Notes: a model not told the origin generated them from the sequence alone. DNA of 64,000 nucleotides from Paraspadella gotoi (GCA_051294375.1 CM119269.1:16171010-16235009), one strand, 5' to 3'. Counted from the stretch's first letter, positions 1-13,815 are shown. A program made the numbers and translations.

Positions 1-2050
<2,050 letters not shown>

Positions 2051-2084
2051 TTACAAGGTAGATGTGATATGAGTAGGAGAGGAA

Positions 2085-2124
<40 letters not shown>

Positions 2125-2199
2125 AGGAGAGAGAGAGAGAGAGAGAGTAGAGAGAGAGAGAGAGAGAGGAGAGAAGAGAGAGGAGAAGAGAGAGAGAGA

Positions 2200-2527
2200 G
2201 ATTTTTGAAAGATAGATTTGTAGTTACGACCATAACTTTTGATGAATGTCCAGAGAATTGGACGAGCGAGTTCCGTCCTCTTCTAGTTTTTCGACGATGG
2301 CGATCAGGTTTGCGATTTGTAAATCGAGAAAAAACCAGATTACTGTGCATTTATGCAAAATGTATGTATTAGTCAAATCAAATTTTGGTCACGTGCTTTT
2401 GTGATACGTTGAAGGATCTAAAAATATATCAATTGTTGCTGCAAGTTTTATTCCGTAAGAAAAAGAAAATATTGTTTATTATATAACTTTTTCTTTCCTC
2501 AAGTTCCTCACCTCTCCCTCTCTTCCT

Positions 2528-2597
<70 letters not shown>

Positions 2598-3504
2598 CTT
2601 TTCTCTCTCTCTCTCTCTCCTCTCTCATGCCTTCCTTTGTTCACATCCCCGCCAACTTTCCCTTGACTTTTCCCCCACAAACCCCTTCTCTCTTATACCT
2701 CTTTCTGCTCCCCACCCCCCATCCCCGCTCCGGAACTATTAGAAGACTGCCCCGGGCCGTCGGGGGTCCGACGGGGGCCGTCGAACCCCGTTGTCCCGCC
2801 CACCAGGGTCCCGAGGCCACGGGCCTTTCCACTGTTTCCTTTCTGGGTCGGAGCCTCCGATACGCGAAACCCGATTCCGTAACAGAGGAACAAAGATATA
2901 ATGTCCGTGACGACTTCCCAACGAAAATCGCAGACTCCATCTCTTGAATACTTGACTCCCACCTTTAAACATTGAACATCTCTCTCTCCTCTCACTCATC
3001 TCTCTCGTCTCTTCATCTCTCCTCTCCATCTCCTCATCTCTCTCTCCTCTCTCCTCCTCCTTCTCTCTCTCTCTTCTCTCTCCCACTTCTTTCTCCCTCT
3101 TCTTCTCTCATCTATCCTCTAAATCGTCATCCCTCTCTCTCCCNNNNNNNNNNNNNNNNNNNNNNNNNCTTGATCACTTTCATACACGGAAATTGCAACA
3201 ACAACAAATAAAAAAACGCTTTATTTTGTCCTATTTGAAATATATCCTCTTTGAATTTCAAAATTTTAAATCCGATAAAATTATTAAATTAAGAATTTTA
3301 TGTTATAAATATTTGAATACAATAATCATATAAATGACTTTTTTCACTGAAGAAAAACCGAGGAGCACGACGACGACGATGAAGACGCGACGAGGGAAGG
3401 ACGATTACCAATGCAAGATTCAAAGACGAGTTTGGCGACTCAGCGTTTGGCTATGGAAAAAAATTGAGACAGGAGAGAAGGGAGAAGAAGGAAGGAGGAG
3501 AGGC

Positions 3505-3558
<54 letters not shown>

Positions 3559-3926
3559 GGAGAGAGAGAGGAGAGAGAGAGAGAGAGAGAGATTTTTGAA
3601 AGATAGATTTGTAGTTACGACCATAACTTTAATGAGTCCAGAGAATTGGACGAGCGAGTTCCGTCCTCTTCTACGTTTTTCGACGATGGCGATCAGTGTT
3701 TGCGGTTTGTAAATCGAGCAAAAACCAGATTACTGTGATTTATGAAAAATGTATGTATTAGTCAAATCAAATTTGGTCACTGTGCTTTTGTGATGACGTT
3801 AAGGATCTAAAAATATATCAATTGTTGCTGGCAAGTTTTATTCCGTAAGAAAAAGAAAATATTTTTTATTATTAACTTTTCTCTTCCTCAAGTTCCTCAC
3901 CCTCCTTCTCACTATCCCATTTCTCA

Positions 3927-4009
<83 letters not shown>

Positions 4010-4380
4010 CTCTCTTCTCCTCTCTCATGCCTTCCTTTGTTCAACCCCACGCCAACTTTCCCTTGACTTTTCCCCCACAAACCCCTTCTCTCTTATCCTC
4101 TTTCTGCTCCCACCCCCCATCCCCGCTCCGGAATATTTTAAGAAGCTGGCCCCGGGCCGTCGGGGGTCCGACGGGGGCCGTCGAACCCCGTTGTCCCGCC
4201 CACCAGGGTCCCGAGGCCACGGGCCTTTCCACTGTTTCCTTTCTGGGTCGCGAGCCTACGATACGCGAAACCCGATTCCGTAACAGAGGAACAAAGATAA
4301 TTGTCCGTGACGACTTCCCACGAAAATCGCAGAAACTCCATCTCTTGAATACTTGACTCCCACCTTTAAACTTGAACATC
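2200..4380 (+). repeat. Direct duplication of a ~780-bp unit (2200-2980 and 3590-4380) across an N-gap
   Basis: Both copies run from 'atttttgaaagatagatttgtagttacgacc' to 'cacctttaaac..ttgaacatc' and include the same GC-rich core. Confidence 0.9.
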
Positions 4381-4397
4381 TCTCTCTCGCTCGCTCA

Positions 4398-4476
<79 letters not shown>

Positions 4477-4625
4477 TTTGCGGTAATCTCTCTCTTTGCT
4501 TTGGCCGTTGTATTTAAAGATGAATATTAAACAGGAAAATAAAGAAAGGGTGAGAGGGAGAGAGAAACACTTGGCCTTTATAATTTTTCGTGTCGAAATT
4601 TTTTTTATTTTCATAAGTGAGAGAA

Positions 4626-4660
<35 letters not shown>

Positions 4661-4850
4661 TCCAGGATGATGCCATCGAGTCTTGCATTGCTCTAAGATC
4701 ATCGCGAAGAATCGAAAAGGTCGTTGGGTTAAGACTCTTCCTCACTCCCTTTGTTCTCTGGGGGCCAAGACCTGCAGGGGAAATTTCTCAATCTTTCTCT
4801 CTTTTTTTATCTTATTTCTTTTTCCTTTTCTTTTCTTTTCTTTTCTTTTC

Positions 4851-4941
<91 letters not shown>

Positions 4942-5469
4942 TTTTTTTTCTATCCTTATATATTATATATTATTATTTTTTTATTTCTGATCTAATGACG
5001 TAGTGACGTAGTTTAAAATAGCATTTTCTAACGATGATTTAAGTACTGTACGTAAAATATCCTTAAAATAGTAACTTAACTTATACAATTTTCACGCCTA
5101 AATAAATCTTTTTTCAAATTCACCCTCGCCGCCCTTCCCTCAGTAACGGATCCCTTTGCACTTATCTCGATTACCCACTGTACATTTCCTCCCATTACGA
5201 CCTCGAAGGCCCATGGCCCGCGAGGCCAAATAAAAAAAAAACAAGGGTAGAGAGTCGTAAACATGAATTAAGCGATTAGCCCGTCTCGTCCGACTAATCA
5301 GCCCCTTGGCCGCAAAACGGCCTACAATTTACGCTCCTTCCCTTTTTCGCTCGACGGAGTGACGATTCGAGCTAGATGCGTAACTGCGGTTGAATGGGTT
5401 GAGGTGTTACGAAAGAAGGGAGCCGAGGGTGAAAAACTCGAAGAGAATCGAAAGGAAGAAAAAGAGAAT

Positions 5470-5582
<113 letters not shown>

Positions 5583-6046
5583 TGAAATAAAAAGAGAGAG
5601 ACAAACATTGGATAGGAAAAGGTTCGCAGCATCGAAAGCGTTACGATCCGACACACATCTAGATTCCGTAGCAAATGACTTTTTTTAGTCAAATCACACA
5701 GTCGGTCTGTCTATCTCTTTACGTCTCCCTGTCAGTTAGTTTGTCCGTTGGCAATTGGATGAAGACCATTCGTTCTCATTTCCTAATCTATTTGTGGACA
5801 ACGATGAGAAATAAGNNNNNNNNNNNNNNNNNNNNNNNNNAGGATTTTATGACTCAACAAGAGGGAAAAAAACTTTTTCTTCCCTTTTTTTTCCAACGAA
5901 ATCATTTTTTTTCCCCAGATTAACGAAAGTTGATTTAAGATCGCAGTTTCCTTTTTTCGATGTCGATTCTCAATATTTCTATTTTGTCGCTTTTTAATCT
6001 CTCTCTCTTCCTCTCTCTCTCTCTCCTCTCCTCTCTCTCTCTCTCC

Positions 6047-6088
<42 letters not shown>

Positions 6089-6129
6089 CCTTCTCTCCCT
6101 CTTCTTCTCTCTCCTCTATTATCCTCTCT

Positions 6130-6978
6130 CCGCATTTTTCAAGCAAAACGCTATCGCCAAACTCGTCTTTGGAAGTCTTTGTCATTGTAAACGTCTTTTC
6201 ACCATCGTCGTCGTCTTTCATCCGTCGTCGTCGTCCGTCCGTCATGTTTTTCTTCAGTGAAAAGTCATTTATATATTAATATTATTAAATATTTATAACT
6301 AAAAATTTTAATTTAATAATATTTATCGGTATTTAAAATTTTGAATTCCAAAGAGTATAATAATTTCATAGGACAAAAATAAGCGTTTTTTTTGTTGTTG
6401 TTGCAAATTTCCGTGTATGAAAGTGAATCAATGAATCAAATTTAAAGTACGAGATCGATTTTTCACGCTCCATATCTACCTTTCCGATTCCGTGTTCATT
6501 AAGCATAATCGGAATAATTGACAACGATTTGACCATCCGTGTTACCTCGACGGTGGCCGTCCGGAATCGACGTCAAGAAAAACGACAACAAAAACTACAA
6601 CAGCGACATAAACATTCAACAACGACAACAACAGAGTCACCCAGCCGCGTTTCTGGCGTCGATCGAAGGGACTTCCGCGTCGTCGTAGCCAACGGGAATC
6701 CGTCGTAACGACTGGGAAGAGACGCAAACCCGTCGGCACCATGAAATATTGGATAGGGAACGAGACAGATAGAGAGAGAGTTGAAAGGCGAGAGTTTGGA
6801 GAGAGAGAGAGAGAGAATGGGGGTGGGGGAGCGTCTGGCCAAAACTCGTAACTCGAAGTTTTCGATTGATGGTCACTTTAATCGGTTCCAAATTGAGGAA
6901 GAAGGAGGAAAAGAGAGAGACGAGAGAGAGAGAGAGAGAGGGGGGGATTTTTGAAATTCCCTTCCCCACGGTGCCTTT

Positions 6979-7041
<63 letters not shown>

Positions 7042-8165
7042 GTCTTTGTCATCTGCCTCTTTGCATAACCGACGTCGTTCGTTCGGTTTGGATTTCACTT
7101 GCGTTGTCGCCGTCGTTATCGTCGTCGTCTTTATCGTCGTCATCTGTTACCATGTTCATTCATCTTGCGCTATTCAGGTCATTGATCTCCCGCTTCTTTT
7201 TTTTTGATTTTATTCATTAAATTTTTTTTGGTTTAAACGCCTCAATAATTCTTTTAGCTTTGTGCTAACTTAAAATACACATTTTAACACTTAATTCAAA
7301 GCTTCCGTAATTTTATGAAATCTATTTTCATTCATTCATTCATTCATCGTCATATCATTCATTCATTCATGATTCATATCATTCATTCATTCATATCATT
7401 CATTCATCATTCATTCATTCAATTACTCACTCACTCATTAACCTCTTCACAGCTTGGGTCAGCAAATTCAACAACTTTTTCCTTCAACTCGTTCAAACAT
7501 CGGTCAAGGGATTTTTCGATCGTGACTTTTCAACGGATGCGCGATCGCGCTAGTGCTCCGTGACCTCATGGTCCTTTTGTGATTCGATTGTTTTCACGTG
7601 ACAAAAAGGTCATCCCGATTCTGACGACGACGACGACGAGACTTGTTTCTTATGCCTCCATGCCCCCTCCCCTGCTGGTCGTAGGGATTTTGAGACCCCG
7701 AAGGAGGAAAACAAAAGAATAAATCGAGGGCGAGATGCTCGGCTATTACCCGACGACACGAGAAGAGATGAAGAAGTGAATAGGTTAATGAGACAGGGGG
7801 AAAAAAGGAAAAAGAAGTGAATGAAGTTATGAAGGTAAAGAAAGCTGTGGGGAAAAGAAAAAAAGAGGAAGGAAGGAAGGAAGGAAGGCCAAGGAAGGAA
7901 GAAGGAAGGAAGGAAGGAAGGAAGGAAGGAAGGAAAAAAAAGGAGAAAAAAAAGCTTATCAGTGAACAACTAAGAATTAACAATTACACCAAAGATTTAC
8001 AATTTTTAACGCATTAGGAAAATAAAATAGAATGACGTACGGCGCAGTATCGGATCAGTGTGGACGGGGGGAAGAATCTATAAGAGAAACGAGAGGCTTC
8101 CGACCCTGATCACGGGTCATGATCTGGAACAGGAGGGGACGGGGTTTCTGACCCTATCGTCTCTT
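6130..8165 (-). repeat. Right arm of inverted duplication (matches 1-2050 and 3170-3470)
   Basis: 6130-6430 is the reverse complement of 3170-3470 ('ttgatcactttcatacacggaaattgc' vs 'gcaaatttccgtgtatgaaagtgaatcaa'). 6420-8165 matches 1-2050. Confidence 0.9.
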
Positions 8166-8948
8166 GGTCCTTGTGACGCCTCGCAAAAACAAGAAAGTAC
8201 TGAATCCTCGAGTTTTCCCCGGAGGAAAAAGGAAGTAATGGGGGAAACGGGGAGAGGTGGGGGGAAGAGAAACGGGTGTGTGGGAAGAGGTGGGCCGGTA
8301 CCGCTGCCGAGAGAGAACTAACGGATGCGCGGACGACCCGCGGTAGCAAACATCACAGCATCTCGAGAAAATAGCTCTAGTTTAGATTTATTTTTATTAA
8401 TATTTTTGCTTATAAATTTTTTTTTCAAGATAATTTTAGCTCTGAAGCTAATTTGCTCCGTAAAAAAAAAATTTTTTAAAAAAAAAAAAAAAAAAATTAA
8501 AAAAAAAAAAATTTAAAAAAAAAAAAAAGTCGGACGGGACGATTGAGTCACGTGGGGGAGGCGGTGAGGGAGAAAGGTTTAAAAGTTGGGAATGAAGGAG
8601 GTGGAAAATAAAGGGGGGAGCCGAGTGGGAAGTTTAGTTTTCGCCTTATTGAACAACGATTTGTTGAGTAGAAAATCATTCGTTTGCTTGAGCGCTGGTT
8701 TTTTTGTGTGTGTTTTTTTAATTCACAAAGTTGGACGATCGACAACCACAAACTCGTGATTCTCGATCCGCCTCTCCGCTCCTTCACCTTTAGATTTCAG
8801 TTTTCACTCAACTTTTCGCAGATGGACTTTTTGTTCCGCCAACGACAGACCCATCTTTACCCTTCGCTTCCCTTCATCTCCCAATCCATGTTTTTTTCAT
8901 CAGCTTCTCCTGGTGATGTCCAGAAGTCGGTCACCCCGAAGACTTTAA

Positions 8949-8992
<44 letters not shown>

Positions 8993-9400
8993 GATCATCA
9001 TCAACGTAGTTGTGCTCGTCGATCCGATAATAACGTCGGGATCAGATGAAATTCGTTACTCGATTTCTCCACGTTGAGTAAATAAATTTGTAGAAGGAGA
9101 TAGATGGGGACTGGCAGGGAGAGAAGGGTTGGCGGGAGACAGGGTGGCAGGGAGACAGGGTGGCAGGGCGACATTGTGACAGAAAGAGCAAGAAGTGGGT
9201 AAGACATTCAAGATCCTCAGGTGGTCAAAGATGAGTTCAGATTTGAGAAAAGGGAAGATGAAGAAAGAGGAAGGTTGGGATTAGATGGCAATGAGAAGCT
9301 GAAAATGCAAGGAATAAATTCGATGACGAGTATGAAAGGATTAAGGAAATTAGAAGGGAAAACTAGGGAAAGACATAGGGGTCCCAGGGAGGTGGAGACT

Positions 9401-9585
9401 AAAAATGGCCGGTCCTTCGACGTCACCGCGCCTGGGTGCACCTGTCACCCAGAGAACGCCACCACCTGACGTCAGCCGGTGACGTTGGCGAGCTTCGATT
9501 GGCCGGCCATGGACGACCCTCCGATTGGCCGGCCGCCCGGAGCCTCGATCCCGATTGGCCGACGGGGAAGAGGGTCAAAGGTTGT
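9401..9585. promoter_or_regulatory. Promoter-like module: YY1-like motif, palindromic CRE, three CCAAT boxes, DR1-like site
   Basis: AAAATGGCC 9402-9410; TGACGTCA 9467-9474; ATTGG at 9498, 9524 and 9554, each in a CGATTGGCCG context; GGGTCAaAGGTTG ~9571-9583; GC-rich island. Target gene not identified. Confidence 0.55.
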
Positions 9586-9861
9586 GCCCCGCCGTCGCCT
9601 CGTTATGCTCGTCGAGGGCCTTGAGTTGTAAAAAGTCTCCAAACTATACTGCCGGCGAGAGAGAAAGAGAGGGGGGGGGAAAGAGAGAGAGAGTATAAAA
9701 AGGACAAAAAAAGAAGAGAACGGAAATAAAGAGGTAGACAGAGATTCTATTTTAAGGCTTGCACAGTTGAGCCGGGAAAAGGATAAAAATTATGCCAGAA
9801 GAGCGGTGGCGAGAAAAGAGATAGGAGAGAGATGATGAGAGAGAAAGAGAGAGAGGAGAGT

Positions 9862-9904
<43 letters not shown>

Positions 9905-10406
9905 GAGAGAGAGAGAGAGAAGAAGAGAGAGAGAGAGAAAGCGCTGGTAACCTCGGTAACGAAATCTGGAAGGCATTACGAATCTAACTGGCAAACGTAC
10001 ATAACCGTTATTCTGCTTAAATACTTCTTTAAACTTTTGTTCAAATTATATGGGGTGGGTGGTCAAAATGGTGAAAAAATCATGTAAAAACCTTCTAGTC
10101 AAAAGTTAAAGACCAACACTGTGGGCCATCTCGCCACAGGGATTTTTATCGTAAGAGAGAAAGAGAGTACCTCTCCTCGTCGTCATTGGCCATGAAGAGC
10201 AGTTTGAAGAAGCTCATCTGATAACAACAACGACGACGACGAAAACAACGAACAAATTGTGTCAATCACGAATCAACCACTTGACCGTTAAGTCGGTCAA
10301 CCTAATTGAGCCACAAAACCAATACAATTGTTTTCTTAACTTTTGTCAGTTTTTGCTCATGATTTTCGAATCATTACACCTTAATAAAAAATACGGAAAA
10401 AGTTTA

Positions 10407-10471
10407 GGGTCGCCCAGATGATGTGGACGATTTCCGTGTCCACTGAGGCGACGGGCGCCGTCTGACGACCC
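10407..10471 (+). ncRNA. Candidate structured small RNA (box C/D or K-turn-like)
   Basis: Terminal stem GGGTCG/CGACCC; ATGATG 10418-10423; CTGA at 10443 and 10462; internal stems GTGGAC/GTCCAC and GGCG/CGCC. Confidence 0.3.
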
Positions 10472-10559
10472 ATAGTCAAGACTCAACTCGTATACACGAA
10501 AGAAAGTGATGACTTTTGCTATTCTCGTGCAAATCATGCTACAACACCTTAAGAGGTAA

Positions 10560-10823
10560 CCTACTAACACGAAGTTAACGCTGAACATACTTGTGGATAA
10601 GGCGCTGCGTGGGCTGAAGATGACTGTCCGTAACTCCTATAACCCCCTCTAGCAGCCATGGAACGGGTCCCTGGGCTTGGAACCAGGCTTGAGGGTTTTC
10701 CACGCCCCCAAGTCGGCTTACGGCCGTCCTCACGCTTCCCGCAGAGTAGGTACCGGGTTCAATCCCAACCCGGTACCTAGTGGTCATGAGCTGATGGCTT
10801 TACACAATGAGCCACCGGGTCAC
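10560..10823 (-). mobile_element. tRNA-derived SINE-like element
   Basis: Minus strand has A-box-like TGGCTCATTGTG (~10814-10803), then a B-box-like region forming a perfect 13-bp hairpin (10747-10779). GC-rich body in an AT-rich background; boundaries approximate. Confidence 0.4.
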
Positions 10824-11207
10824 GACTCAAGGTGTCATGCTTTTTAGGCGGGGTGAACCTATGCCATGCCCGACGACATACTCAAGATATAATGAGAATA
10901 TGATTTAGAAAAGTCAAGCTTGAAAATTTTATTTCGAAATAAACTAAACCAAAGCAGTTTTTTACTATAGTTATTAAAAAAGATTTATTAATTGGATCAT
11001 TACCAATATCTAGGAATAGATGCAAGCAAAGCCCGCGTAGTTAGGATCAGTTCTCAAAACTTCAAAAACTAGACGCCTTGAACCGAAAAGCAGTTAAAAT
11101 CGTTAATTTAAAAAAAAAACAAAAAAAGGCCAAATTTTGAAATTGGCGTCGCAGTTTCATAATCGATTGAGAGTCCCGACAGTATTATCGGTTCTGCTTC
11201 ATCTCGC

Positions 11208-11507
11208 TCAGCTCGCCAGCTCCTTGTCGATGATGACCTCGCCGAGGCCTGACCCGGCTCTGGTCATGCGCGAGACCATGTCCGCCAGCTTCTTGATCCC
11301 GTCGACCTGCTCCTCGAGGAAATCCTCCAGGAAGTCGGTCATGTTCCCGTCATTCTTGTCAGAAGCCAGAGCGTGGAGGTCGAGCAGAGATTGGTTGACC
11401 GACTTCTCCAGCTCTAGGGCCGCCTTGACGGCGTCCAAAGGGCTGCCCCACTCGTCCTTGTCAGGCTTAGGGACGTCCTTAAGCAGGACACGACCCCCGC
11501 GCTTGTT
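11208..11507 (-). CDS. Ferritin exon 3 (terminal); full protein 169 aa
   Basis: tag|NKRGGRVLLKDVPKPDKDEWGSPLDAVKAALELEKSVNQSLLDLH...DFLEDFLEEQVDGIKKLADMVSRMTRAGSGLGEVIIDKELAS*; ferroxidase E (LELEK) and Q (EEQV) retained. Confidence 0.97.
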   Translation of the reverse strand, partial: NKRGGRVLLKDVPKPDKDEWGSPLDAVKAALELEKSVNQSLLDLHALASDKNDGNMTDFLEDFLEEQVDGIKKLADMVSRMTRAGSGLGEVIIDKELAS

Positions 11508-11603
11508 CTATAGCAGAGAGGAAACGTTAAGAATTTCTAGTTTTTTTTAAACTTCCATTTATAAATAATTATTTCAGTTTGAAAAATACATTTCAGCTCT
11601 CAC

Positions 11604-11780
11604 CTGGAACTTCAAGAACTTCTCGGCGTGCTCGCGCTCTTCGTCGGCGGACTCCTTGAAGAACTTGACAAATCCTTGCAGCCCCACGTCGTCGCGGTCG
11701 AAGTAGAACGCCATGGAAGTGTAGACGTAGTTAGCGTAAAGCTCCATGTTGATTTGTTTGTTGACACCGGCCTCGCATTC
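11604..11780 (-). CDS. Ferritin exon 2
   Basis: tag|[59 protein letters not shown]|gtgag; 177 nt; contains the ferroxidase motifs ELYA and EEREH. Confidence 0.97.
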
Positions 11781-11865
11781 CTATAATTATTCATGGTTAT
11801 TCCTCCGTCACGAGAAAAATGACTAATTCTAAAAGTTTTAATTTGATAATGTTTTTTTTTTTTGC

Positions 11866-11898
11866 CTGGTGGTAGTTCATACGCACGACGGACGCCAT
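11866..11898 (-). CDS. Ferritin (H-type/soma ferritin) exon 1
   Basis: aagATGG context; encodes MASVVRMNYHQ, matching the ferritin N-terminal S-x-x-R-Q/M-N-Y-H motif; followed by a GC donor (CAG|GCAAAA). Confidence 0.9.
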
Positions 11899-12021
11899 CT
11901 TGGAACTTTGCAGCTTCGAGCGAATGTAATTTGATCAAAAAATAATATATTTGGTTGTTTGTAGAATAAGTACAGAGTAACGGAGAGGAATGAATAAGCG
12001 CTGGAATGTCCACAAAACGAG

Positions 12022-12049
12022 GTTTGAACAAAACACTGTTGCCGCAAAC
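12022..12049 (-). promoter_or_regulatory. Iron-responsive element (IRE) in the ferritin 5' UTR
   Basis: Minus strand GTTTG-C-GGCAA-CAGTGT-T-TTGTT-CAAAC: perfect lower stem, unpaired C, 5-bp upper stem, CAGUGN loop; ~125 nt upstream of the ferritin ATG. Confidence 0.88.
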
Positions 12050-12173
12050 TGATTCGTTTATAGTCTAAATAAAAAATCAAGAGAAAAGTCAACAAAAATT
12101 AAAAAAATATTATACGTTAACAAAATATAATCAGAGCGAAAAAAAAATTTGCTAAAATTAAATTAGAATTAAA

Positions 12174-12460
12174 TTAAATTAGAATCTCCGGCGCCATGAG
12201 GCTCATGAGCGAAGTCGCGCGGCCTTCACTTCTTGCAGCATCGCCAACCCGTGAAGGACCCAGCATCCGTCCCGCCTTCAACACTTTGGTCACCATCGCC
12301 TTTCTGATCATGTTGCATGCAGCGTTATTGAGATCGGCGTTGACTTTGGCTTCTTGCATGATTTTAAAAGCCTGTTGCTGCAGAAACTTGATAACAGAAA
12401 GTTTGATACCGACAACGGATCGCGTGAATTCGTCGACAGAAAAGAAATGAAGGATCGGTG
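12174..12460 (-). CDS. Putative terminal coding exon of an unidentified gene just upstream of ferritin
   Basis: ag|..PILHFFSVDEFTRSVVGIKLSVIKFLQQQAFKIMQEAKVNADLNNAACNMIRKAMVTKVLKAGRMLG...MAPEILI*; open for ~95 codons with coding-like composition between AT-rich flanks; no family recognised and the acceptor is weak. Confidence 0.4.
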
Positions 12461-13254
12461 CTATTTACTTACTATTTACTTACTTTATTAAAATAATAAA
12501 TAAATTATAAAAAATGTACGTTTCAGATTTTAATATAATTGAAGTTAATTTATTCAACAAAAAAAAAGTGCTACTTTGCAAAGAAAATGAAAGAAATAAT
12601 AGAAAATTTTATTTATAAAGATAAGCGAGTCGGAAAAAAAAACGCCCCTCGAGTAAAGAGAATCCGAAGATTCGAGAACTCAAAGTCGAAGTGGAAAATC
12701 CAATATGATAAAGTCTTTATTCTTTATTAAAGAAACACGAGATAGGTTGTATCTCATGTCTCTTAGTCATACGTATCTGAAATAATTTCTGACTCATTCC
12801 TAAAACTTGTTTTGAAAAAAGAGTCATAAAAGTTGAGAAGTTCACTTTTACGGACAAGTCATGCTGAATGTCGTAGTAGGGGTTCATTTTCAAATAGACC
12901 AAAAGAAAAAATCCTGCATCGCGAGCGGAACAAGGTCTTGAGGATCCCCACGTTTTTTTTTGTTTTTTTTTGGTTCTGGCTACGTCGACGAGAGCCTCGC
13001 CAACACCAGTGCTGTTGTTGCGATCAAAACAAATTTGAGCAAACAATGTCGGATCTGCCCACGATCATTAGCGGTAATCCGATGATTAGATAATTAATTG
13101 TTTAATTAAATAAGTAAATGCTAAATGCTTTTATATTTTTTTTTCTAAAAATATAAATGCTCATGATCCTTAGTGGTATGCTGCCGATCAGATAATTAGT
13201 TAATTAATTACCTAATTTATTAATAAACTTGATTTCTAGTTCAATCACACACCT

Positions 13255-13525
13255 TTTAACCCACACACAAAATTTCAAGGCAATCGTCCAATTGGCAATG
13301 AATTCTAAAGACAGACAGACTGACTGACTGACAGACAGACGAACGGACGGAGGGGCAGACAGCGTTTTTTTTTTTTTTCCTTTTTTTTTTTTTTTTGCAT
13401 AATTTATCATAATTGGATGTTCTGAGATGATTCAAGTGACTCGGCGACAAGATTTTTTGGGTGGGACCGACGGACCGACAAAGTGAATTATATAGCAGGG
13501 ATCTGATGTAAGCAGATCCGGCGAA
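13255..13525 (+). mobile_element. Non-autonomous Helitron/Helentron-associated (HINE/DINE-1-like) element
   Basis: 'aaatttcaag' motif, (GACA/GACT/GACG)n microsatellite at 13310-13360, 'tatatag' and a 3' hairpin GGATCTG..CAGATCC (13499-13519). Similar gacagac/ggac motifs occur near 21335 and 38020. Confidence 0.5.
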
Positions 13526-13815
13526 AAACTTTTGGCATATGACTCGCCCTAACATAACACATTGATTTCTTGATTGATTTCATTTTTCTTAGCGATTTGG
13601 ATGAAACAGTTTTTTTCGTAAAAACTTTCAACCATAAGAAACGAAAAGACCAAAATTCTCTTTGTCATCGTCGCCGTCGTTATAGTCGTCGTTGTAGTCG
13701 TCGTTGTAGTCGTCGTTATAGTCGTCGTCACCCTCGACGTCCTTTCGTATAAAATTCGTAGATATCGTCGTCGTCGTCGTCGTCGTCGTCGTCATCGTCA
13801 ACGTCATCGTAATCG

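Noticed and set aside
10418-10446. ATGA...TGA as a SECIS element
   Set aside because: Upper stem too short, no apical AA, and no selenoprotein ORF upstream.
10462-10505. CTGACGA...GAAA as a hammerhead ribozyme
   Set aside because: No base-paired stem II between the motifs and no stem III/cleavage triplet.
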